Counted from the first letter of the stretch, positions 36,601 through 44,879 are shown. The stretch is DNA of 64,000 nt from a virus (IMGVR_UViG_3300027821_000007:27504-91503), one strand, 5' to 3'. Made by a program: numbers and translations. The notes: a model not told the origin generated them from the letters alone.

Positions 36601-38332
36601 CATCAAAGCCGGCGCGAAAGCTGTCGGCAGCCTACCCGGCAAGGCGGTGGTCGGAACCATCCGCAAGCTCCCCAAGACATCCGTCGGGGCCGCTCTCGTT
36701 GGCGGCTACATGCTGGGCAAGCCGAAACGTCCGTCCTACGCCGACCCCGAAGCCATGAAGGCTGAACTGATCGGCCGGCTGCGCAAGAACATCCTGCTGC
36801 AGGACGACAACACGGTCAGCCAATGGAAGCAGGCGCGCGCCGACCAGTGGGGGCCGAAGCCGTTCTGGTCGATGCCCAAAGACAACAACGATCCCAAGCA
36901 GGTGACGATGCCGGGCATGCCCGAGCAGCAATACGGCCCCTCGGGCGGCCTGCTCAGCAACATCTTCAAGGGCGAGAACCCGTATGGCGAACTGGCCAAG
37001 AAGGCCAGCGCGGCGGAGCAGGAGAAAATCCACGAGACCATGCACGAGTTCAAGCATGGCAAACTGAAGTCGTTCCGCTCCAACCTGCCCAAGCGGAAGA
37101 TGCCCAAGGTCACCGATCGCAAGCAGGCTATCGCTATCGCGCTCAATCAGGCGCGACGCATGGGCAAGAGCGATGACGGCCTGTTGGTGGCGATGCTGGC
37201 TGACCGGCTGGTCAAGAACGACGTCACCATCTTCAACGACAAGACCCTTGGTCGTGGCGATCGGGCCAAATTCCAGGATCGGCAGAAGAGCAAGAGCTAC
37301 ATCCGGGCGGAGCGGGGCGGCACCGGCATCGCCGGGCAGCTCGCCGAAGCGCAGTTCAAGGGACCGCTGGTCGGGGGGGCCAGCATGGTCGGCTCCCATC
37401 TTGGCACGGGCGCGGCCGTGCGGATGGCCGAACGCCTCTGGCCCAGAGGACGCGTGCCGTATGTCGGCATGACCGCCACGCAGGCGGCAAGCCGGGTCGG
37501 TAGCAAGCTTGGCGGTATGGTTGGCAAGGACGTCGTTGGCGTGGCGGGGGCCGGCGCGAAATCGCTGATGCATTCCGCCCAGAGCGCTTACGCCTCGCGC
37601 ACGACCCGCAAGGCCATCGGCCAACTCTCGTCAGCCGAGCACGCCCAGCGGGTCGCCGCGGCCAAGGCGCGATGGAAGAAGGAAATGGGCCACGTCGACA
37701 TGGAGGGCCATCACAAGGCGGTCGAGGACTGGGCCGGCAAGGCGATCCTCGGCCGCGATGCCAAGGTCGCTCGGGCGCGGGAGCATGCCGAGCATTTCTG
37801 GCACAACGTCGCGGACGCTCATGCCGCGCACGACAAGATGCGGCCGCACGTCGACAAGGACGCGGCGATCGTCATGAAGATCCCGGGCACCTCGACCGAG
37901 CACTCCGGTCACCTGGTGCACAACCCGGATGGCATCGGCACCGATCATTTCACCCGGTTCGGCAAGCCGACCAAGAAGATCTACCTGATGCACCCCGACG
38001 AGGTGGACGACTGGGTCCGGCTGCACGGCAAGAAGGACACCAGTCTGAACATGCCGTTGTCGGAAGCCCGGCGCCATCCGACCATGGGAGCAAAGCTTGC
38101 CGAACTCGACGCGCATGAGCGCGCCGCTATGGGCAAGAGCGCCCCGTCCGGAGAAATCGTACATTTTGACGAGCTATATGAAGCGCTCGATTTATTGTCC
38201 GATTTGCAGAAGTGGCGCGGCTACACCAACGCCCTGGCCCACACGGTTTCCGGGGGCACGATCGGCTCCTCGAACGAAGAGCTCGCCGCCGAGACGCGCG
38301 CCCGTAAGCGCAAAGCGATACGGGCGACATGA
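33620..38332 (+). CDS. prohead serine protease (XkdF/S78-like, first ~170 aa) fused to a ~1400-aa cassette array
   Basis: KADEEKRLVWG, RAMH (His), GFSIGG (Ser), EISFVDSP; SD GGAGG. Confidence 0.85.
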   Translation: MTEFTFFLPLTKADEEKRLVWGRAAVEEPDKSKEIMDYLSAKPEFQKWSDGYSKATMGKSFGNIRAMHNPKHLAGKVAEIVYNDDAKAVDICVKVLDPVDWAKVEEGGYTGFSIGGGYVKKWADQASGCTRYTPRIQEISFVDSPCIPGARIMEMQKQDGSLEEVLLKGVPRSFAELLPPPSFAQLRKGIAGELAGSVAGNFIGSKIGAVAGSALGPAGTAVGHVVGGEIGSMAGSALAGAKAPSMAEAAQVAGGKAPSSNLRIPKAPKPKQGFRMSSTFKGAPDGGMVKRWDVSKHPREHTGAFASKTGEKVGRFTLGGAGAVGGTLLGLKHGEKLGTQAGLHASSLYHRMKGSPGFAAGVKAGDIGGWAGRRYGGLIGAGALGLGGALVGGAGGALLDTAMRRRRAKKAGRLEIYHRLNAKTSARPNSFKQVKASTMRAVSAGKRVRGIADAVMGKGHAMDKPVEKGLGGAALGAGRALGAAGLAMGRHAGIKVLPHYIGMAGAAAGVKAGFQGGRRLGAKIADKMIARNQAKGIGPITATAGAGKPGLIRHGEKIVRGVGEQLTSRQKKILLGTVAGTAVAGGLAGGVAAHQASHHTVKHIDKKLTQRFGRPRAPGERMQFDAKKSAPTGKMNKFIVPLALGVGGAMLGGHLGAKGGARLAAHGLHRRMLSGTASHYDLTGAPIFTGAGTGGVGGMISGGGLGIHIGRKIENRDGKAKKQERRGDLDKAFGAKLAQGAMAALRKPGRVGESIGAKVGQRVGSRMFTAAKARGASDHEAAQRMWRAMGTGRTVGRNVGHGLAAGGAAATGLGIAAMSRRRNAEKQERRGDLDKGIGGSIMRGALNAIESPTGRKVIGSLGQAGRSVKGAATSLGQKASGAATSFRQKATGMASSAMASPAGQSVAAAGNKASGMARRGAMKAINSPIGAQTIKTAGKFGQTIAAHPRAATAVLATGAAGYALGQRRGRSEMSDKQERRGNLEKGMIGAIGQGIKAGAKAVGSLPGKAVVGTIRKLPKTSVGAALVGGYMLGKPKRPSYADPEAMKAELIGRLRKNILLQDDNTVSQWKQARADQWGPKPFWSMPKDNNDPKQVTMPGMPEQQYGPSGGLLSNIFKGENPYGELAKKASAAEQEKIHETMHEFKHGKLKSFRSNLPKRKMPKVTDRKQAIAIALNQARRMGKSDDGLLVAMLADRLVKNDVTIFNDKTLGRGDRAKFQDRQKSKSYIRAERGGTGIAGQLAEAQFKGPLVGGASMVGSHLGTGAAVRMAERLWPRGRVPYVGMTATQAASRVGSKLGGMVGKDVVGVAGAGAKSLMHSAQSAYASRTTRKAIGQLSSAEHAQRVAAAKARWKKEMGHVDMEGHHKAVEDWAGKAILGRDAKVARAREHAEHFWHNVADAHAAHDKMRPHVDKDAAIVMKIPGTSTEHSGHLVHNPDGIGTDHFTRFGKPTKKIYLMHPDEVDDWVRLHGKKDTSLNMPLSEARRHPTMGAKLAELDAHERAAMGKSAPSGEIVHFDELYEALDLLSDLQKWRGYTNALAHTVSGGTIGSSNEELAAETRARKRKAIRAT
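35783..36574 (+). repeat. three 30-nt spacer repeats encoding KQERRG[DN]L[DE]K at 35783-35812, 36095-36124, 36545-36574
   Basis: Amino-acid conservation with synonymous nucleotide differences; unrelated sequence between copies. Confidence 0.9.
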
Positions 38333-41300
38333 GCAAGCCGATGTTCAATCCGGACATCATCGGCGAGTTAAGAAAGCGTGTCGCCGCGCATAACGAGATC
38401 GTCAAGGCGACGCATCCCGACATGGTGGTCAAGCTCGGCGGGGTGAAGAAGCTCTACAAGCGCTGGTACTCGGGCCCCGACCCGCATGCCCACGCGCTGG
38501 CCATGCTCGATGCCCGGTTGCTGACGCAGCAGACCATGGCGCTGGGCGAACTGGAGAAAGCGCGCCAGCCCTTCGAGGGCGCCCGTCATCCCCGCGGTCG
38601 CGGCGGCCAGTTCCGCTCGAGCGGCCGGGGCGGCGGTGGAACTGGTGGAGGTGGCGGCGGCGGCACCGTGGCGCCGCGTCCAGCCGGCGGCGGTCCCGGC
38701 GATGGCGACAACGCCCTGCTGCAGGCGGCGCAAACCCAGGTCATCCCGGAAACCCGCTACACGGTGTTCGGCCCCAAGGTCGCGGCCGCGGCGGGCATCG
38801 GCCTCGGCGCCATTGCCGGGGCGACGGCCCGTCCCGGCCTGCCCTGGCAGGGCGGAGGGTCGGTGATCGATCGCGGCGTCACCAGCATTGCCGGAGCGCT
38901 CGGCCGTCAGGGCGGCAAACTCGTCGGGATCATGGGCCGTGCCGCCGGGATCGACGCGCCGATCGGCGTGGCGCGCCGGGTGGTTCCCATCCTCAATCGT
39001 CATGGCGGCGCGTTTCCAATGCCGGGACCGACCGCCGGGGTGGCGGCGGGCGATCGGCTCGTGAACGCGGCGGGGCGGGGCGGGCGCGCGGTCGGCCGCG
39101 GCATCAGCCACGCTTTTTCGCTGGCGAACTACCCGGCGGCGCGGGTCGGACAGATGGTCGCGCGCACCAAGGGCCCGATCGCTGGCCGTGCGGCCGCTGC
39201 CATGGTCGGGGCGGCGCTTCCCGGCATCGCCTATGCCAGGACGCTGCATCACGTGCAGGGCACGATCGGGCCCTACCAGGACACGCTCTTTCCGCGACGG
39301 GTGAAGAAGATCGACGAGCAGGTCAGGGACATGGTCGGGCCGATCTGGGACGATCCGGCGGTGCTGGCCAAGCAGGCCGAACTGCTGACGTTGCCGGACC
39401 TCGCCAAGCAGGATCTGTCGGAGTTTCTCACCAAAGTATCGTTCGGCCCGGCTGTGAGCGCCGGGGGCGCCGCCGCGATGCGCTCGCTGCGCTTCCTGCG
39501 CGGCCCGGTCGCGCGCGCCACCCGGATGTTCACCAAGCCGCCGCCACCCCCGCCGCCGATGCAGGGGCCGCCCAGCGCGATCCAGCACGCGGCCGAGACC
39601 GCGTTCGGCGAGCAGGCGGGGCATTTCCGGGTGCCGCGCAATGTCGGCGTGCGTGCCGGCGTGATCGCCGGGCATGTCGCCGGACTTGGCCTTCTCGGCG
39701 CCGGGGCCGGGGCATTGACGGGCGCTGGGTTGGCGGCGTTCGCGATCCAGCATCCGCGCGATCCGCACACCGGCAAGTTCCGCTCGAAGGGGCAGGCGGC
39801 GCGGACGGGCGCGCTCCACGGCGCCGTGCTCGGCAGTGGCCTGGGTTTGGCGCTTGGCATTGTCGCGGCTCGCGGTGGGCAGAAGGAATTGCTGCGCGCG
39901 GCGCTTGGCCGATTGCGTGACCAGGTGGCGACCAAGGAAGGCGCGATGGCGCGCGCCGCGATGCATGACCGCGCCGAGAAGAGCGCCACCGACACCTTCT
40001 CCGCGACCTATATGGCCGACAATCCGCACCTGAAGATCGAGGTGCCGGACGGCTCCAGGGTGAAGCCGTCGCAGATCAGGAAGCATCAAGGCGACATCGC
40101 TGTCGAGGATTGGGTTGCGCGCGAGGGCGCCGCGATGCATGCCGGCCCGGTGACCTGGTATCAGAAACAGGTCGAGGACCACTTCGAAGCGTTCGTCGAT
40201 CGCCAGTTGCTCGCGCTGAAAAGCAAGAGACAGCGCAACCTGCCGCGCCGGAACGATGCCGATCGCCTGATCGACAGCGTCGACGATCAGATCGTGACGA
40301 CGCATAACGAACTGGGCGAGGCCATACATCACGACCCGCTCACCGTCGACCAACGCAGGATCTGGAACGGCGCTTTAGAAATGCGCCAGCGGGCGCGCGA
40401 CGAGATCGAGGCGGTCTATGCCGGCCGCAGAGCGCAGGTCAAAGAGCATGGGACCGCCGCCATCGGCCTCAAGCACGAGCAAGGCCAGCTTATCGCCAAA
40501 CTCGGTTCGGTGCGGGCGGATTGGAACCACGTCCTGCTGACCAAGCCGTCACCGTCGGTCGAGCAGTTGCGGGCGGTCGCAACCAGCATCGGCCACAAGC
40601 TGGAAGCCAAGACCAAGGAAGGCATCGTCGCGGAACTGCAGGAGCGGATCCCGCGATGGGAGCATGAGGTCGACTCCCGCATCACCCAGATCAAGGACGA
40701 AATTCCGCAACTCGAGGATGCCGCCGAGGTGGCGCGGGCGTCCGAGAAGGAGGACCTGACCCAGGAAGAACAGCGGCTCATCCGCAACCCGTTTATCAAG
40801 ACGCGCAAGGCAAGAAAGGGCAAGCCGGCGATAACGGGCTTCTTTGAGCCGCGTCTGCCTGGGGTCGGCACGGCCGCGGGCTACGACGAGATCAAGGCGG
40901 GGATCGCCGACGAAGCGAACAAGGCTTTCAACCAGGGGTTGGAACGGCACGTCATCGCGGCCAAGCAGCATCTCGAGGAACTGGCCCTGGCCGAGGAGGC
41001 CGCGATCCAGGCGCGGATCCCGGCGAACAACGTCTTCGCGGAGTGGATCAAGCGCAAAACGCCGGAATTCTCCGACAAGATGGCGCAGGGCTGGGCCGAC
41101 TACAACGAACTCACCGCGGCCTATCGGGGTCAACTCAAAGGCCAGATGAAGCAGTTATACGACGGCGTCCACGCCCACCGCGACCCGAAGAAGGCTTTCG
41201 ATACGATTAAGAAGATGGCCAAGGGGGCGGCCGATTTCTGGAACAGCGATGCCGGCAAGTGGCTGCGGCAGAACTGGAAATACGTGGTCGGCGTGGTCGG

Positions 41301-43278
41301 GCCGATGGCCGCGATAGGCATCATCGATTTGCAGGCCGGGCCGGGCAAGAAGAAGGTCGAGCTCAACCCGAAGAAGTGGCGGTGGCGTAATGTCCAGGCG
41401 CATTTCGAGCTGCCGGGCGGCCTGAAACGGCCGGACGAGGCGGTCTTCGGCGTCAAGTTCAAGGACAAGGATGGCAAGGAAAAGTTCCTGCATGCCATCC
41501 ACGTCAAGAACAAGGAAGGCGAGTACCAGAACATCGGATACGGCTCCGAGGTCAACAGCGTCAGTAACTTCTTGCGTGGCGGGGACCAGCAGGGTGGTGG
41601 GGGCCATGGCGGCAACCGGCCGAACAAGGCTCAGGTGAACAACGGCGCGGAGGTCGACAAGGCGATCGCGGACGGGATTGCGGCGGGTCACATCAACGAA
41701 GTTGGCCCGACCAGCTTCACCTATGCCCAACGCAAGATGGGCGAGCCGCAGGGCAAGAAGGAAGAGGAGTCGGTCCGCAAGTGGTTCGTCGAGAAGCACA
41801 TCAACGGATTGCAGCATATCGGCAACCAGCACTTCTCAAGCGACAAGCACGACCGGTTCTACGCCTCGCTGCGTGATCTGTTCGAGGGCGGCCGGACCGA
41901 ACTCTTCGACCGGGACACCCGCAAGCAACTGCTGCTGGGCAGCGATTTCGACAAGAGAAACCGCGGCATCTTCGGCAATCAGAAGGTCTGGCACGATATC
42001 CCGCACGATCCCGCGGCGGTCGGCGGAGCCCTGCTGCGGCAGCTCAAGATGGCCGGCGCCATGCCGTTGAACCCCGAAGAATACACCCAGATGCATCGGG
42101 CGCTGTCGTTCGTCGCCAACCTCGCTGGCCTCGACCAGAACCAGAAGAGCAGCCTGAACAAGGCGTTGCAGGACGGCTATCTGAACATCACCAAGCGAAC
42201 CTCGGTGCCCACGGTGAGCGCGAGCGGATTGGAGAACCAGAAGTCGATCGAGAGCTTCAAGACCGAGATGCTGAACAACGACAAGATCACCGAGGCGCGC
42301 CAGCGCAAGGGCCTCGACGATCAGGGTGCGTTCACCGATTTGCTCGATACCCTCTACCAGAAGGGCCGCGAGGGCGCCGTCGCCCGGAACAACAGCGCCG
42401 ACGACAACGAGCAGCACGTCGCCGGCATGCAGCATGTGCGTGAGCAGGTGTTCTTCCGGCTCAACACGCTCGGCAAGGCGGCGCCGCTGGGCGATCTCTA
42501 CAAGCTCTTCGGCATGGCCGACCGGTTCGACGAGCAGCGCCATCCGCGCGGCCATATCGGTCAGTTCCGTGCTGCGGGCCACAACGCCCCGCCACAGGTG
42601 GGCGCGATCAGCGGGGCGCGGCAGCACATGCCCACCCCGGACTCGCCCGGGCCGCAATCGGTTGGTGACTTCGCCATGCGGCGGCCGCCGGAAAGCCCCG
42701 GGATGGCGCCAACCCAGGCGCCTGCCGGCCATGGCGGGAGGTTTGGCGGCGCCGATTTCGGCGCATCGCACATGCTCGGGCAGGTCGGCACCTACGGGCT
42801 GAGCCAGGCGGGGTGGGACGTGGTCGGCAACCTCGCTTCGCACATGATGCCGGCGGGCGGCATGGTTTCGAACGCCACCAAGTTCGGGCTGCAGACGATG
42901 GGCGGCTTCGCCGGCTCGATCGGTGGCCTGAAGGGCGGCCAGGCGCTGGGCCACGCGATGGGCGACCGCAGCCCGCACCACGAGGCGCCGGCAGCCGAGG
43001 GCATCGTGCGCAACCTCGCCGGCGGCGGAGCGCAGATCGCCTTCAACGAATATGCCGGGCCTGCGGTCGGACGGGTGATCGCCGGGGCAGCCGGGCGGGC
43101 GCTGGGTGGGACGGCCGGGTCGTTCCTGGGACCCGCCGGGACGATCCTGGGATCGGCGCTGGTCGGGGCGCTCACCGATGAAGGCGTGGGAATTCTCTAC
43201 CGGCATCTGAGTCGCTACGGCGAACACGTGCCGGAGCACGCGATCAAGCATTTCCGCCACAAGGGCGCCCCCGCATGA
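38329..43278 (+). CDS. large internal virion/ejection-type protein (1649 aa) with glycine-zipper segments and three HPR..G.F motifs
   Basis: ATGA coupling; located between protease and scaffold; hydrophobic Gly/Ala segments and a helical middle region. Confidence 0.65.
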   Translation: MSKPMFNPDIIGELRKRVAAHNEIVKATHPDMVVKLGGVKKLYKRWYSGPDPHAHALAMLDARLLTQQTMALGELEKARQPFEGARHPRGRGGQFRSSGRGGGGTGGGGGGGTVAPRPAGGGPGDGDNALLQAAQTQVIPETRYTVFGPKVAAAAGIGLGAIAGATARPGLPWQGGGSVIDRGVTSIAGALGRQGGKLVGIMGRAAGIDAPIGVARRVVPILNRHGGAFPMPGPTAGVAAGDRLVNAAGRGGRAVGRGISHAFSLANYPAARVGQMVARTKGPIAGRAAAAMVGAALPGIAYARTLHHVQGTIGPYQDTLFPRRVKKIDEQVRDMVGPIWDDPAVLAKQAELLTLPDLAKQDLSEFLTKVSFGPAVSAGGAAAMRSLRFLRGPVARATRMFTKPPPPPPPMQGPPSAIQHAAETAFGEQAGHFRVPRNVGVRAGVIAGHVAGLGLLGAGAGALTGAGLAAFAIQHPRDPHTGKFRSKGQAARTGALHGAVLGSGLGLALGIVAARGGQKELLRAALGRLRDQVATKEGAMARAAMHDRAEKSATDTFSATYMADNPHLKIEVPDGSRVKPSQIRKHQGDIAVEDWVAREGAAMHAGPVTWYQKQVEDHFEAFVDRQLLALKSKRQRNLPRRNDADRLIDSVDDQIVTTHNELGEAIHHDPLTVDQRRIWNGALEMRQRARDEIEAVYAGRRAQVKEHGTAAIGLKHEQGQLIAKLGSVRADWNHVLLTKPSPSVEQLRAVATSIGHKLEAKTKEGIVAELQERIPRWEHEVDSRITQIKDEIPQLEDAAEVARASEKEDLTQEEQRLIRNPFIKTRKARKGKPAITGFFEPRLPGVGTAAGYDEIKAGIADEANKAFNQGLERHVIAAKQHLEELALAEEAAIQARIPANNVFAEWIKRKTPEFSDKMAQGWADYNELTAAYRGQLKGQMKQLYDGVHAHRDPKKAFDTIKKMAKGAADFWNSDAGKWLRQNWKYVVGVVGPMAAIGIIDLQAGPGKKKVELNPKKWRWRNVQAHFELPGGLKRPDEAVFGVKFKDKDGKEKFLHAIHVKNKEGEYQNIGYGSEVNSVSNFLRGGDQQGGGGHGGNRPNKAQVNNGAEVDKAIADGIAAGHINEVGPTSFTYAQRKMGEPQGKKEEESVRKWFVEKHINGLQHIGNQHFSSDKHDRFYASLRDLFEGGRTELFDRDTRKQLLLGSDFDKRNRGIFGNQKVWHDIPHDPAAVGGALLRQLKMAGAMPLNPEEYTQMHRALSFVANLAGLDQNQKSSLNKALQDGYLNITKRTSVPTVSASGLENQKSIESFKTEMLNNDKITEARQRKGLDDQGAFTDLLDTLYQKGREGAVARNNSADDNEQHVAGMQHVREQVFFRLNTLGKAAPLGDLYKLFGMADRFDEQRHPRGHIGQFRAAGHNAPPQVGAISGARQHMPTPDSPGPQSVGDFAMRRPPESPGMAPTQAPAGHGGRFGGADFGASHMLGQVGTYGLSQAGWDVVGNLASHMMPAGGMVSNATKFGLQTMGGFAGSIGGLKGGQALGHAMGDRSPHHEAPAAEGIVRNLAGGGAQIAFNEYAGPAVGRVIAGAAGRALGGTAGSFLGPAGTILGSALVGALTDEGVGILYRHLSRYGEHVPEHAIKHFRHKGAPA

Positions 43279-44879
43279 GCGGGGCAGGTGGCGGAGGGAC
43301 TTCGACGGGAGGCGGCGGAGGTGGTTTCACCCAGGGCACCAACGCTTTCGGAGGGCTGACGAACACCGATTTGCGGCCACGCCAGCGCCGCAAACGGCCA
43401 GTCCCGCTGCTCGACACTTCCTGGGTAACACCGCCGCACAGAAAGGAGCGCACCATGCGTAAAGATGTTTCAGGGCTCGTCGACACGCTTTACGACAGTG
43501 TCGCCGGAATAGTCGCGTCGGCATCGCCGGACACCAACGACCTGCTGACCAAGAGCTTCACCGAGTTCGGCAACGCGCTTGGGGAACAACTCGAGGCCGA
43601 GTATGGGCCGGACCCGGAGCCGTTGGCCAAGGGACTGAACCACGTCTCGGCGTTCGCCAACGCGCTGATGAAGATGGAAGTGAGCGTCCAGGCGATTAAG
43701 GCCGGCACGCCGATCTATGCCGACGACAACGAGCCCGTCGTGGCCTCGACGGCCGCCGCTCTCGACCGCTTCATGGGCCATGGCATCGTGCTGCTCAAGC
43801 AACTCGCCAACGACACCGCCCGGATCCCCGACGACGAGGAGGACATGGAGCGGGCGGAGCAGGCCGGCGAGTTGATCAAGATCGAAAGCCAGTTCGGCGA
43901 TGAGATGCTGCTGAAGACTGATCTCCCCGAAGATCTGGCGGCGTATCTCACCGACCCGCTGGACCTGATGACCGAGATCGCCGGGCTGGGCTCGAGCATG
44001 ATCGAGGACGCGCGCGGCATCGCCGACGCCTTGCTGGGGAGCGATCCGGATTCGATCCCGGAGGAAGTCGCGGAGCAATATCCGCTGGTGTTCGAGCCGT
44101 TGGAGAAGGAGTTCCCGCCGAAGAAGAAGGCCAACGGCGGCGGCTCGCCCTTCGGTGCCCAGCGCGGCCAGAGCAGTGACCAGAATGACAGCGGCGACGA
44201 CGAGGGCGACGAACCCGATGACGGCGGCGACGAACAGGGTGCGCAGGGTCAGGGCGCCATGGCGGCGCAAGGCGGGCCGGGCGGTGCCGGCGGCCCGGCT
44301 GACATCTCCGACGACACGCCGCAGAACCCGATCGACACCATCACCCGGTTGGCCAGCATCATCGTGGTGATCTCGGGATCGCTGCAGCAGGCGATGGGTG
44401 GCGGGCAGCAACCGCAGCAGCCGGACATGGCCGGCGGCCAGGGCGGCGATCCGCGCAATGTGGGCCTGCAGCGCGGCGAGCCGATCCTCGACCAGCCGTT
44501 GCAGAAGATCCTGCAGGGCGAGGCCGAGATCCAGATCCCGGGCATGGGCCAGATGACGATGGCCGAGGCGTTGGAGGAACTGGGCGAGTTGCGCAAGGCG
44601 GTGCCGCAACTGAGCAAGGCGCTCAACGAGAAGGGTGACGCGCTCAGCCTGTTGAAGACGCGGTACGACCAGATCGCCAGCCAGTCGGTGCGTTCGCCGG
44701 GGATGCAGAAGGCGGTGCCGGTGAGCAAGGCCGAGGACAGCGTGCCGGGAACGCACACGCAAGAGAACGACATGGAGAAGTTGGAGCAGTTGCAGAACGC
44801 GGATCCGGAGGGCGGCAGCGCCGCGAAGTTCCTGATCGGCCGGGTGCACCAGGGCGGCGGGGTGCCGTTGGTGCCGTAA
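43275..44879 (+). CDS. capsid scaffolding protein (alternative start ATG 43455)
   Basis: Acidic and coiled-coil; directly before the capsid gene; many L-x-K sites; SD AAGGAG before 43455. Confidence 0.7.
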   Translation: MSGAGGGGTSTGGGGGGFTQGTNAFGGLTNTDLRPRQRRKRPVPLLDTSWVTPPHRKERTMRKDVSGLVDTLYDSVAGIVASASPDTNDLLTKSFTEFGNALGEQLEAEYGPDPEPLAKGLNHVSAFANALMKMEVSVQAIKAGTPIYADDNEPVVASTAAALDRFMGHGIVLLKQLANDTARIPDDEEDMERAEQAGELIKIESQFGDEMLLKTDLPEDLAAYLTDPLDLMTEIAGLGSSMIEDARGIADALLGSDPDSIPEEVAEQYPLVFEPLEKEFPPKKKANGGGSPFGAQRGQSSDQNDSGDDEGDEPDDGGDEQGAQGQGAMAAQGGPGGAGGPADISDDTPQNPIDTITRLASIIVVISGSLQQAMGGGQQPQQPDMAGGQGGDPRNVGLQRGEPILDQPLQKILQGEAEIQIPGMGQMTMAEALEELGELRKAVPQLSKALNEKGDALSLLKTRYDQIASQSVRSPGMQKAVPVSKAEDSVPGTHTQENDMEKLEQLQNADPEGGSAAKFLIGRVHQGGGVPLVP

